Origin: Takakia lepidozioides
Lineage: Eukaryota > Plantae > Bryophyta
Direction of reading: 5' to 3'
Assembly: GCA_030704615.1 (NCBI GenBank)
Contig: CM060733.1
Span: forward strand, 14,632,001-14,696,000
Length of the DNA stretch: 64,000 bases
In this document: one piece after another, positions 10,571 to 23,400 of the stretch
Layout: each line of letters opens with the position of its first letter
Numbering within the stretch: position 1 is the stretch's first letter
Notes under the pieces: generated by a model
The model's input: the letters and a program-made list of their open reading frames with translations, nothing else
The model's database searches: none
What the model was told of the DNA's origin: nothing
Made by a program: the position numbers and the translations under genes

Positions 10571-13500
10571 TGTCCAGGGCATCAAAGGGTTTGCTCGAGG
10601 ATGATGACCATAATTGGAGAAAAATGGAGTTTGTTGGGTCGAAGAATGTATAGTGTTGTTGTAGGCAAACTCAGCCAATGACAGAAAGTCCGTCCAATTA
10701 TCTTGGTGATAATTTATCGTACAGCTCCAAAATCTGGTTTACACGTTCGGTTTGACCATCAGTCTGTGGATGATTAGTTGTAGAAAGGTTGATCTTAGTA
10801 TCCAATATGTGAAATAATCCCCTCCAGAAATTTGATATGAACTGTGGTCTTCGATCAGATACGATGTCCTTCGGGAGTCCATGAATGCGGTATATATTAT
10901 TGAGGAAGAGTCTTGCAGTTTCCTCGCCGGTAACCGTCTTATTACATGGAATGAAATGTGCCATCTTCGTAAAACGATCTATAATAACAAGGATTGAATC
11001 AGTGGTCTTGGAGATTGGAAGGTCCGTAATAAAGTCATAGACACGGACGACCATGGACCCTTGGGAATGGATAATGGTTGAAGAAGGCCGTAAGGTCGAT
11101 GTCGTGGTCCCTTCGCTCTAGCACACGTGTTACAAGATTTTATAAATTCTTTCACGAGTTTCCACATCTGCGGCTACCAATAGTCCCTGGATATCAATTC
11201 CATTGTTTTGTTGAAGCCGAAATGTTCTGCAGCCGGAAGATCATGACATGTTTGAAGAATTCGAAGTCGTGTAGGTCCTGGAGGTACATAGAGAAGTCCC
11301 TTGAAATAAAGTAAGTCATCTTTGAACTTGAAGTCGTTTGTAACATGTGGGTTGTCTTGAGGTCGATTTAGTTGACTTCGTAGTATCATAGCGAATTGGT
11401 CGCTCTTCAGTGCTTCCTGAATCTCCTTTATGATCTCGGCATCGTCATAGGTGGACATGGATAACATATTCAATTGGAGATTTGCTGGTTTCAAGATGAT
11501 GGATTTCTGTTGGTCAAAAGCTGCATCCCCTTCTTTTGGCGCAAGATACGATCGTCGAGAAAGAGCATCTGGTTTTCCTTGAAGATGTCCGGGACGGTAA
11601 GTAATAACAAAATCAAACCTTACTAGTGACATACTCCAACTCGCTTGACGTCGATTCAAAACACGAGCACTCATAAAATATTCGAGGTTTTTGTGATCGG
11701 TATAGACAGTGACCTGATGTTTAGCTCCCTCCAATAGATGACGTCACTCCTCAAAAACATCGATAATCGCTAGAAGTTCTTTGTCATGGATTTCATAATT
11801 GATCTCTGCAGCGGAAAATTTGCGAGAATGAAAACCAACAGGGTAGAGTCGGTCATCTGTACCGTATTGTGAGAGTACCGCGCCAAGTGCAAAATCCGAT
11901 GCATCTGCTTATAAGAAGAATGGTTTAGATGGGTCTGCATAAACCAGTATTGGAACCGTTGTAAATGCCTGCTTCAGCCTTTCAAATGCCTGGTCAGCCT
12001 TCTCATCCCATACAAATTTGTCCTTCCATGTGAGTCGTGTCAATGGTGCAGCAATTTTGGAATAGTCATTGATGAAGATTCTATAGAAATTTGCAAAACC
12101 CAGAAAACATTGTACATCTCGGACCGAAGTTGGTTTAATCCACTCGATGATGGTTTGTATTTTCTTCTGATCCATAAAAACGCCTTTGTCGGAAATAATG
12201 TAGCCCAGAAATTCGACCTCAGATTGATGGAAAAGACATTTCTCCAACTTGACATATAGTTCTCTTTCTCTTAATTTATCAAGGACAAGGCGTACATGGC
12301 GGCCATGTTCTTCTTCGTTCTGTGAAAATATCAAAATGTCGTCCAAATAGATGACTACAAAGTCATCTAAAAATTCTCGAAAGATGTCATTCATCATATG
12401 TTGGAAAATTGCTGGAGCATTTGTAAGATCGAAAGACATAACACTGTATTCAAAATGTCCATACCCTGTTCGAAAAGCTGTTTTCCATTCATCTCCTTCT
12501 TTTATCCGTACAAGGTTATAAGCTCATCTCAAGTCGATTTTGGTGAAAATCTTCGTTCGTCCCAGCTGGTCGAGAAGCCCAGAAATCAGCGGCAACGGAT
12601 AACGATTCTTGATTGTGACTTTGTTGAGACCGCGATAGTCGACACACATGCGTAATGATCCGTCCTTCTTTTTCACAAACAAGATAGGTGCCCCCGCGGG
12701 TGATTTGGAATGTCGGATAAAGTGCTTTGACAAATTTTCATCAATGTATTCGCGTAATGCAGCCAACTCCGTCTGGGATAAGTTATAGATTGGGCCGAAT
12801 GGTGGTTGGGCTCCTTCTTGTAATACAATTGCACAGTCATAAGGTCGATGTTCTGGCAATATGTCTGCATTTTTCTTCTCGAAGACATCTTTGAAATCTT
12901 TGATATTGAGCGGGTAATGTTGAAGTATCTTTGTCTGTTGTGGTCTTGATCGGAGTCGCATAAAGTGCAAATGTCGCCTCCTTTTTTGTAGCTCTCATGA
13001 AGGCTCTAGCTCCAAGAAACAGGGGTTGAATACCTTTGGTACTTTTGCATTTTTGTCTTGCCGAAATTTTTCGTGATTGCCAGTCGATGTCAGGATTATG
13101 AAGTACAAACCAGGGAAGTCCAAGGATCACAAGATTCGTTGGAGACTGGATGACATTGAAAACAATCTGTGATGCTTGATTTTGAAGCTTCACTTCAAGG
13201 GGTCGAGTTTCATGGTCAACATTTCCTGATGCTAACAGTCGTCCATCGATAACTTCAACAGGGGCCGAGAATTTCTTTCTTACGAGCGTTAAATTGTGTT
13301 GCTTCGCAAAGTCTTTGTCAATAAAACACGCTGAAGCGCCCGAGTCCAAAAGTGCTTCTACGGAGATATCTCGATTTTGCATCATGATCTTTACTGGAAC
13401 TGTGAAACAAGATATAGGGTCTGGAGGTAGAAAAAGATTTTTTTTTGGTGAGGAATTTGGGGTGTCCAGCCGCATGGTCCCTACTGTGACTGGACATCTT

Positions 13501-14554
13501 CATTTTCTGACCTCCTCGTATCGAACACTTAAGTGGTGCCCCGAGCTTTGAATCTTCTCTTGTTGGGGCAGTTTAATGCCATGTGATCTTTTTCTCCGCA
13601 ATAAAGACATAATCCATTCGAACACCGTCTTTGTTTTTCATGTGACGTCAATGGCTTGAATCGGACAGCATCAATCTGCATAGGATCATTACCGGATGTC
13701 TGATGGATCGTTGTATTTGGTGTCGTAGTAGCAACGGCATGGTGCGTCGTCGACTATCCAGATCGCTTCTCTTGACGTCTTTCGAACAAACGATTATTGC
13801 ATGCAATGACTTGGGTGATGAATTCGCTCAGTGTACTCACATTTGGCATTATCAGCAACAAATATTTAACATCATCTTTTAGGCCACATCGAAACTGACT
13901 AATGAGGCTCTTCTCATTCCAGTCAAGGTCGCACGCAAGTTGTCGAAATTCGGCAGCATAAACGGAAGCTGGACGTGCTCCTTGTCGAAGATTTCGCATC
14001 TTTGTCTCTGCAACTCTCTCTCTCTATCATTCTCTCCAAACGTTGCAGTGAACTCGGACATGAACGCTTCAAAATTATATAGTAAATGCGAATTTTTCTC
14101 TAATAGCGGTGCAAACCAAGATAGGGCAGTGCCTGATAGAAGGGTGCCCACGAATCCCACTTGAATATCTTCATCAGAGTAGCATTGTGGATGTAGTCGT
14201 AGGAACAATCGTACTTGTTGAACAAAACTGCGAAATCTTGATCTTGTCCCATCAAATTTCTCGGGCATGCTGACCTTTGGTTCCCTTGTAATCTGTTGAA
14301 GTTTTGGAGGAACCGTTGCAGTAGGATTTGTTGTAGTAGGGACTCGTAAGGTTGAAGATCCATTGTTCGACTCCTTCAACTCTGAAATTTGTTGTTGCAA
14401 ATTGTTGAGAGCATTGTCAAGGTCTTGAGACTGATCAGCTTGTAGTTGGGCAGTAGAGGCACGAAGTTCTTGCATCTGGAGTTGAAGACTCTGCAATGTG
14501 GCGACCATTTCCGCAAATGTGCCTTACATCTTAACTAACTAAGGAACAAACTTT

Positions 14555-14565
14555 AGTCTCGCCAA
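14555..14565 (-). promoter_or_regulatory. Primer-binding site, self-priming type
   Basis: Minus-strand TTGGCGAGACT lies 2 nt after the LTR. It is exactly complementary to AGTCTCGCCAA (14857-14847), which starts 31 nt downstream of the first base of the LTR TATA box. Confidence 0.75.
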
Positions 14566-14567
14566 AC

Positions 14568-15219
14568 TGTCAATGACGAGAACATGACTAAACACAAACA
14601 AGAGATAAGACTAGAGGTACAAGGCTAGACAAGAAGTCAAGGTCGGCGTGGCCGAATGCACGATGAGTAAATATGAATCAAGACGATCTTTATAACAATG
14701 AACAAGAGTACAAGATATTGGAACACGACTTGAATACTGGAATGCTGGAAACTGGACTGGAGTACCAGATACTGGAAACTGGGCTAGAAAACTGGGAACT
14801 GGACTGGAGTACTGGGAACTGGAAACAAGTGTAGCTTGAACTGGTGTTGGCGAGACTGAAGAGTGTCCAGTCTCGCCTCCTATATATACTGGCTACTAAG
14901 AAGTTTCCCTAGGAAGCTTCCCCTATGGAGGTTGCTTGCTGGAGAAGTTTCCAAGATTAAACAAAGGTTTCTTGATGGAGAAGCTTCCTTAAACAAATGA
15001 GGTATCTTGATGGAGAAATTTCCTCCAAAAGAAGCTTCCTGAGTAATTTCCCAAGTTACTCTTGGTAATTTGGTAAACTCCCGGTAACTTGGTAAGTAAT
15101 GGTAAATAATGGTAGATCATGGTAAATCACGGTAAGTCATGGTAACTTTCGGTAACATGGTAACTTGGTAATTTCTGGTATTTATTCCTGATAAGTTCCT
15201 CTGGGCTATGTCCGTGACA
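14568..15219 (-). repeat. 5' LTR (652 bp) of the Tcn1-like element
   Basis: Bounded by TGTCA...TGACA. TATA box at 14881-14888 and internal short repeats (ACTGG, GGTAA). LINE ORF2 resumes at 15220. Confidence 0.85.
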
Positions 15220-16331
15220 CGCATGGCGTTCTCCCTCTCTTGCCTGAAGTTCCATAGGTTGGACTTTGCCTTGTTATAATTCATGAAAGTGCATGGACCT
15301 TCATCTTTGTTTTCCAGGAGCTGCTGGCAAAGATGGAGGCACTTTAACAAGCTCTTTTCTATCTGGGAACTAGCAGCAGCATAGGCCTTCGAGAGCTCTT
15401 GGGATCTTTGCCTAGTTGCTGAATCTAGCTTAGAAAGGAATCTGAGGGTGGCTGATTGAGTATTGTTCCCAGATGAGGACCTCACCTGGGCTAAATCTTC
15501 AACCATGGCCTTGTATTTGAGCAGCGATGGGTTAAGTTTGAAATAGCTCCTGCCCTTAGACTCTAGAACCTGGGACAGCGAATCGAGTTGTGATTTCTGC
15601 ATGATCAAAATCCGGAAGTACTGGTCCCAGGGGGTTAGTCTGGGCCCAAGCACTAATTCCAGCAGTACAGTAAACTCTATCAAGTCTCGCCATAGCAAGA
15701 TTTGGTGGTGCTCTGAAGTTCGTCCAGAGAGAACTTCGGAGCATTATCTGCAGGGATGGACGCATCCAAAAAACCCACTAAAAGACAAAGGGCTTCCCAG
15801 GCATCTAGCTCTTCTAGGGAGAGATTGGAGGAGGTAGAGCCTAGTCTGTCAAGAATCCTATCAGTCATATTAAAGTCTCCTGCCATTATGCATTGATCAA
15901 CTTGAGAATGACTTAGGACCTTGGACTGCAAAAACTTCCAGAAGGCTATCCTATCAACAACAACATTAGGAGTATAAACATTAATGAGGCCAACTTTGCA
16001 TGCTGAGCTAGGAATAGATAGCAAGCCAAATTGAGCTCTGCCGGTCATTCAAATGGCCATGTCAGAGATATGATTAGCCAAGTTCGGAGAGACAAAAACT
16101 GTTGTGCCACCTCTTGAGTCGGCCACGGGTGGCTGACCATGCAAGATTAGCACGCCATAATATGTGCCCCAGAGAAGCGATCTTGGCATCATTCAGCTTA
16201 TGTTCCTGCAAGAAGATAATGGAGTTATCTGACATCAAAGAAGCAGCGCACCGCTTAATCTTGGACCTTTTAGGGGCAGTTGTTTCAGACCCTATGTCGC
16301 TGATGTTCCATGATCTAATGTTAAATAACAT
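15220..16331 (-). pseudogene. LINE ORF2 5' part (APE endonuclease plus linker)
   Basis: SWN, IIFLQEHKL, INVYTPN, MAGDFNM, ARLDRVY and FKLNPSLL motifs across frameshifted ORFs. Confidence 0.85.
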
Positions 16332-17311
16332 ATTCTGGAATGGAAGGGCTCAAGAATGCCTCTCGAAATGATGGCCCTGTGGTAGAGAATAAGAAGACAG
16401 TGCGTTTGTCATATGGAGTGTAACCAGCTGAATCCTAGGTGGGGGGTAGGCTGCAATCCGGGGGAGAGGCCAATGATTCCCACAGGTATGTTGCCTCTGG
16501 CCTTTTTTTTAACTCCCTGACTGAAGGCAACAAACTGTTTTTTTTCCCCCACATGACCTCACAGGTTTCCATGACATTTCCAAGACCCCATGTCCAAGCT
16601 AGATTGAAGAGGGCTTTTTGTGGAAAAGAAGAACTCCCTGGAGTTAGGAAGAGATGTGGCAAGATCTTACCAGGGGATGCCATCTGGCCAAAACATAGCA
16701 TCTATTAGGCAAGTTGGAAGAGGAGTAGCATATGAACAACGGGAAGGCGGAGTAAGCGTAGCTTACCAAGGATGATGAACCCACGACAGTGGACAGAGAA
16801 GGGGTGGATGGCGAGGTAGTGTGGGCCTTCATGGGTGAGCCTGTGTAAGGCTGGAACCCTAATATTTGGGGATGGAGCTGGCGATGGAGCTGGAGCAGCA
16901 ATGAATCCGAGGATGGGGTCTGCGAGGGTGAAACCTGCCCTGAGAGCCTTGATGCTCCTTGCAAAGCCTCTAGAGGAAGGGAAGTTTCCGTAGGATGGTG
17001 CACCATCTGAGGATCCGTCTGACAGTGACTGCTTTGTGGCCCAGGAAAAAGAGGTTGGGCTTGGATTTTCGCTAATGATATCCTCCCATTTGAAAGCCAT
17101 CAGCACATGGACCGTTGAGGCTGAGTCAAAATCCATGGTGTTGTCCCAGAAGGCCCCGAAATGAACCGTGGTTTCGCTGGATAGATGGAACTGAAAGGGC
17201 ATCTCAGCAAAGAGGTTGCCCACAAGCTTAAGACATAGCTCTATTTATCTGGGTAGTATGTAGCATGGTGCTTAGTAACCCACAAACCTGCCAAACCCTC
17301 CGAACCATTAG

Positions 17312-17800
17312 TCAACATAATGGAGGGGGGGGGGGGAGGTTAGGTCCGGCTAACATGCCATAGATAATTGGAATGACCTTGATCACAGCAAGGCCGCGCC
17401 TCACTGCGTTCTCTTGGGTCCATTCACAGAGCTTCAAATTTGCAAAGGATTGGAGATCCATGGACTTAGTTGCCAAGTTGATCAGTCTCTCATCTTCTGT
17501 GTCAGAACAAGGGCAGAAGTCCGCCAGGGCCCGATCCGCCTCTTCCTTGGATCCAAATTTGACAGTGTAGAATACCCTTCCCATTGCGTGACAGAAATGG
17601 TGTGTCAAGCCTCCTTCCGCTCCCAGGTGCTTTGTGATCCACTTTCTCACCTCCTCTTTGTCCCAAGGCCGCCCTGGGAAATGAATGAGAATTCCATGCT
17701 GCATCATTTTCTTGGAGTGGGCTCTGAGGCATTCTAGATCCAGCGGTATGACGTCCTGAGCATCAGCAATGGGAGCTACTAATTCCGCCCAAGGGGCCAT
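17312..17800 (-). pseudogene. LINE ORF1-like fragment (DUF4283/RRM-like)
   Basis: HGILIHFPGRPW..EVRKWI..MGRVFYTVKFGSKEEADRAL, upstream of ORF2 in the same orientation. Confidence 0.6.
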
Positions 17801-18899
17801 GTCTAGACACTGCGAAGGACCTCCAATCTCCGGACCGTTACCCAGAATTGAACTTACAGGGGTGGAGGTGGAGATACGAGTGACCCAATTACCCCCGCCT
17901 CTAGAGCTTGATCCTGATCATGTCCTTTTCTTTTGGGAGGGGGCACCACGGAAGTAGAGAGAGGAGAAGTCGTAGTTCAGGAGGGCGGGGTACAAGATAG
18001 CAAGAAAGGAACGACGATATAGAGGGTGAGGAATCCTCCTATAAAAGAGAGGAGCTAAGTACAGAAGCGAGCCAATGGGCGGGGCGTCAAAAGGTAGAAT
18101 AAAGTAGGAGGAGCACCAGGCCGCCGGAGGTAAAGAACCTGTGGCCTCTGACAGGGGCGAATTCGGCGGGCAATGAAGGGTAGTCCAAAACTTCTGCGAG
18201 GTGGGGGGAGGGGAGCGGTAGATCAATGACTACAGAGCGCGGCAAGCCAGCAGGAGTCACTGGGGTGGCAAGCTCTGGGGGCAGGACCTTCTTTGAATAG
18301 AGGGGGAGCTGCCAGCAGTGAATATAGGCGGGGAGTAACGCAGACAGACAGCAGCAGATGTGAAGACGACGATCTGACCAGACTATTAAGCAAAGAGCAC
18401 TTACCTAGAGGAGCGCTTTTTTTGGGAAGCTTAGAGTGGGAGGGGAGTACTGCCACACCTTGGAGCGGCTGGCAGGAATAATGAGCCGCCAAGGTGATGG
18501 GAGATGAGGTGACGGCAGAGGATGCATGCAGCCTTGACGTTAAACATGCATTAGTCCAACAGTGCAGGCAGATCAAGTCCTAGATCAAGCAATGAGTGTA
18601 CGTGCTTGATTAGGACTTGTTGTCCTGGGAGAGGGAAGGATGGAGTTTAAGGGAAATATGGAGATGTGTAGAGGCGGCATACCCTAGAAAAGGGCAGGTT
18701 CTTGCCCGCCTGGGGTTGGATAACACATAAGCCTTCCTTTTAGAAGGCTCAAATGAGAGTTGAGCTTTCGATTTTCCCTTCATGATAGAACGCTTTTGGT
18801 GTTTCCAATTGATCTCAGCTCCATCCAACCCCAAAAGAGAAATGCGAGTGCTAACCAAGCTGCCAACAGGCTGGGAGACAATTTGCCCATTTGATTCTG

Positions 18900-19650
18900 G
18901 AATCCGATATTCTCCTGCAGAAACACCCCCCTTTTCCCCAAGAGCTATCGAAGGCAGAGATGAGCTGGGCTCTCCTCCTACTTCCACACTCTGGCAAAGC
19001 TGTAACAAGGGTCAATCAACATTTACGAGCCTCAGACATGAGGTCTGAGTGAGCCAGATGCAAAAGCTTATGCAAATAGGGCATAGAATTTTGAAATACT
19101 ACAGAACATCTCATCTTCCAAATCTGCCACAAAATAGTACCCCTCAGAGTTTCCCACATAGGGCAAGGGCAAAACTGGATACCATTTTTAATGTTCACAA
19201 GCACAACAGAGGCAGAGTATAAAAGAGAAGGGTTAATCCAATGAGAGTAGAGGGAAAAGGCTCTGGTCCAGACTGCAGCAGTAAAAGGACAAAGCACCAA
19301 GCAATGCTCAATGTCTTCCGAGAGATTGAGGCTGCACATGAGGCAATAGGAAGGAGGGTCTGCGATAGATGCACCAACAGGCACATTTCTATTCGCAATC
19401 TTCCAAAGGAAAGCAGAAATCTTTGCCGGCCTATGTTTTTTCCAGATATCGGTTCAAACATCTGTCCAGGATATATGTTGCTCAGAAGAATGGGCCCGTT
19501 TTTTCTGCCACTGCTTTGAAAGGACTGTTTGGGCACTAGCAAGGAAAACCCGAGCTTGATAGTGTAAGAGAAAAAATGGTTGTGATTCTTATTCATCCAG
19601 AACCACTCTCCCGAGTTAAATTGCAGCAACCTAACTGGTGCTGAAAGAAA
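18900..19650 (-). mobile_element. 3' fragment of a second L1-like LINE (zf-RVT region)
   Basis: CLMC..EDIEHCLVLCP and LRGTILWQIWKMRCSVVFQ are homologous to 8325..9164. Confidence 0.8.
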
Positions 19651-19739
19651 CCATATGAAAGAACCACTATAGTGTTGTAGTTCCTCAGGACGGGTAGGGT
19701 TAGATTCACCCGAGCTAGAGCAAAAACATCTGATGTCAT

Positions 19740-20300
19740 CACTACTACGTATAGAGGGGTTTAGCGACGCCTATTCCCCCCGTGGCGCCTCTCCTGTGCG
19801 ACGCCCCCGCCACGTTCCTATCTTGCGACGCCCTGGGCGTCGCAAGACATAATGCCAAAATCCACAAAAACATAGATTTTGGCCAAGTCCTCCAATGCGG
19901 CGCCTCAAGCGTCGCAATGAAGTAAAAAATTAAAAGACGCTCTGGGGGTCGGACCCTGGTGCGACCTTCCGGACGTCGGTTGGGAGGTTGCGACGCCTTA
20001 GCGACGCCCATGGCGTCGCTTTAAGCACCACAAAAAAAAAAATGTCGCTTTTTAAATGCGTCGCTGTTTGGGAGGTTGCGACGTCTTAGCGACGCCCAGG
20101 GCATCACTTCAAGCAGCCCGGGGAAAAAATAAAAATAAAAATGTAAACGTCATTTTTTAAATGCGACGCCCTGGGCGTCGATGTTGAGTTTTGTTTTTTG
20201 GTTTCTGTAGTAGAGGGTGCAGGAAAAGCGACGCTAGAGATGTCGCTTATATTTGAGCGACGCGAGGAGTGTCGCTTTGAGTTCCCGTCTAGCAACGCTC
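19740..20300. mobile_element. CACTA-like terminal/subterminal region (non-coding)
   Basis: Starts CACTACTAC, followed by many direct and inverted GCGACGCC/GGCGTCGC motifs. A near-inverted GTAGTAGAG lies at 20207-20215. No matching 3-bp TSD was found. Confidence 0.55.
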
Positions 20301-20439
20301 GTATGCATGAACTACCTTATGTACAATTACATCATGAGTTTGTGCGTAAATTTTATAACTGATATGTTGGTTAGTGTGAAGTGTCTTATTATGCATATAA
20401 TCTAGAGGTCTTGAGTTCAAATTTACCTAACAACACGGT

Positions 20440-23400
20440 TGTCGTGCGCATACATATCGCTACACAACTACATCGCTGTCCAAAACCACACAACACATGT
20501 GCACGCCACACACTAGTATATCACTAGTCTAGCCACTAGTCCAACCACTAGGCTACAACTAGTCAGTCACTAGGCTGCCACTATGCTGCCCACTATGGCA
20601 GTCACTAGTCCACACAATTGCCCCCCTAGCTGGTGCTTAGGTCCCTCTAAGTCCAGGTAGCCACAAAGATGTGATAGTGGCCATAGCCTCACTAAGTCCT
20701 CCACCACTGTCCCTACTACACTCAAACTCAATAGATCAAGAGGCCGGGTACAAGAGTTGCCCCATCGTTAGTCGCCGTCTTGCAACCTGTGAACTTAAGC
20801 CTGAGATCTTGGGTATTGACTCCTATGAGCTTGGCCTCCCATGTCTTGTGAGCTGCCACTAGTCATATCCACTGCCACTATCCCAAGCAGTGTGGACATA
20901 ATCAATCTCCATCAGGAACCTTCTCAAGAGGTGGTGTCAAGCATCCCATGTGCCAACCTCTTGAGCATCGATCACACACCAGCATAGTGGCGGCACCACG
21001 AGCATGCCTACATAGCATGCAACGCAATCCTGCACGTACCACTACAAGGTTGGGATCTATCCTCCCAACCACATGTGGAAGGTGACATGGCGCACAATTA
21101 CGCACATGGTCCTTCCATACCATGCCATCTCGACCCTCCAGAATCAACACTCCTGAAGGCAACACCTCCCTGACCCTTAGAATCACACGTCCTGCTGTGG
21201 CATCCAAGGTCGTAGGCGCTGTTTGCTGCAGATACACATAGTCCCCAGGGTGGAAACGCCGAACACCTGGCCGATATCCCCCTCCATGTATAGTGGCATA
21301 CCTCAATGTGTCTCAGTGTTGGGCAATAGCAAGATTCTCAAAAGCCATAGGCATGACTCTCTTGAACAACTCTGCCCGCTGGGCACATGTTTGTGTCCAC
21401 ACATCCAGATCATCAAGGTTGAGGACTACAGCAACCTCCCTGCGAATAGACGCAGGCAAATCTGGCTCTCGGCCAAAGAGAAGGAAATATGGTGAGAAAA
21501 AGGCAAGTGATGCTTGCTTGCTAAACCTATAGCCCATGGCTAGCCAAGGTACCTGAAGATCTCAATCTCCTAGGTGTCTTTTTTGCAAGCCATACTTGCG
21601 CAAACCCCTCTTTACCGTCTGCACCACTCTCTTTGCCAAGTCATCGGCCTCAGGATGATCCCGAGAATTGGTACGGTGGTCTATCAAGGCTTTATCACAC
21701 AAAGCCTGAAACTCCCCCAAGAACTCTCTCCCTTGGTCCGTGAGTAACTCAGCTGGAGCACCGAATCGGCTAAGCACACGATCCAGGAATGCATACGCAG
21801 CCCCTTCACTAGCCTTGTCAGGCAATGGAACCAACTCAATCCACTTGGAGAAGTGCTCCACCATCACCAACACATATCTGTGGTGACGCATTGTCAGTGG
21901 CAAAGGCCCTGCGAAGTCAAGACTCCACCTGTAGCCCAATCCCATGATGGGTAAAGGATGCAACTGTGGTGTAGGGGCGTTGAATGAAGCACGCACCCTG
22001 TCACACACCATGCACCTAGCCACAAACTGTTGCACCTCTGTGTGCATACCACGCCACCAATACTGCCCCTGCAGTAAACTATGAGTGAGTCGCACTCCAA
22101 AATGCCCCAACTTCTCATGGGCAAGCCGCACTAACCGTGCACGCTGTGTTGGGTGAGGCACAATCCTCACCCAACTATACACAATCGGTGTGGTGTCCAA
22201 TGGTGACAACTGAGGTGGTCCTGGTGCAATCCCCGCACTGTCCTCCTCTCCTGATGGTACAAAAGCCTCTACCCAGGCTTGTTGCACACGACAATCAGCA
22301 ACCCGCTGCAAATCCTTGTTCGAACCCCACAATGGAGTGTGAGCAACCATGGCAGGCAACTCCGCCATACCATACATGTCATCCTGCTCTCCCGGAGATG
22401 ACACATCCTCTGAATGAGCGTTGCCCTCTAGCAACTCTCCAGGGCCACTCACTGCAGCTGTGAATGCTGCCAATGTGGGCATTTTGCCTCGCTGGGCAAC
22501 CGCAACTCCTCCTATGAACGTCACAGGGAGCTGCACACGCCGGCCCTCCCATGACTGCCATCTAGGCCTATAGGAAGCCAACTCCTCCCAAAAATCCAGG
22601 GTGAAGCCCATGGGGTACAACACTGCCCCACCAACCAGGACATCGTACGAGACCACGTCTGTCACAATGGCCTTGGCTCGCATCACTGAGCCATTTGTAG
22701 GGTGATCTGGCCGTAGTCTGATAGCCAACTCACGCCGTGTCATGCCCCGAGCATGCTCCGATCCTCCCAGAGACGTCTGTATCTGGAAAGGACAAGGCTC
22801 CATATCCGCCTCCGTGAGGCCCAAGCCTGCAATAGCAGCTCTGCCCAGCATCAATGGCAGCTCCCGAGTCCAACAAGACCTGCAGTGGCCGGTACCTCTT
22901 GCCTGCCGGTCCACTCAAACAGAAAATGACATCCTGGTTGTCTAACATGACAACTCCAGGTGTAACCATGGCGCGCTCAATGACTGGCCTAGCTGGCAGC
23001 TCCATCAACCTAGCAGCTGCAGCTTGCCATGGCGCCACCGTGGCAGTCTTGACCCTCAAATCCGAGGATCCCTCCGGCACTACACCTCCCACTATCTCCA
23101 CAAAAGATGAAGTAACCTCCCCACTCTCACAGAGTGTAGCTGTCAGCCTGAACACCTCAGCTGGTCTTACCCCCGGCGTCGCAATCATGGTAGCCGAGAA
23201 CAATGAGCCTGGCACACAGATGTGGCCGCTCCTAGCAGCACACTATTGCCATAGCCTTGGCAACACTAGGTAGTGGTGCTACCCGTGTAGCTCTCCCCAA
23301 TGGCATAGTAACCTCCGCCTCGGTAACAGTCGGGCATGAACTAGGTACCATGGATGGCGTCGACACTGTCTCCGCCAATGTGAATGACTGAGGAAGCCTA

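Larger units (their letters stand above)
10585..15219 (-). mobile_element. Ty3/gypsy LTR retrotransposon (Tcn1/Tf1-sushi chromovirus-like), 3'-truncated
   Basis: 5' LTR, gag (PEKFDGTRSRFRSF; CLYCGEKDH knuckle), protease (LLDSGAS), RT (YLDDILIFS), RNase H (VYTDHKNL) and integrase (IVSDR..QF, HPQTDGQTERVNQ). It ends abruptly at ~10585 after YGHHP, with no 3' LTR. Confidence 0.92.
7955..18300 (-). mobile_element. L1-like LINE, degenerate, interrupted by a Ty3/gypsy element and a deletion; 5' boundary approximate
   Basis: ORF1-like segment at 17312-17800. APE endonuclease motifs SWN, FLQE, INVYTPN, AGDFN and ARLDRVY at 15600-16331. RT C-terminal part (YIDD, INWNKS, EGGLGL) at 9748-10509. zf-RVT region (ETIEHAFTGC, LWSLWKARC) at 8325-9164. 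AATAAA and an A-rich tail on the minus strand near 7955-8010. Confidence 0.85.
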
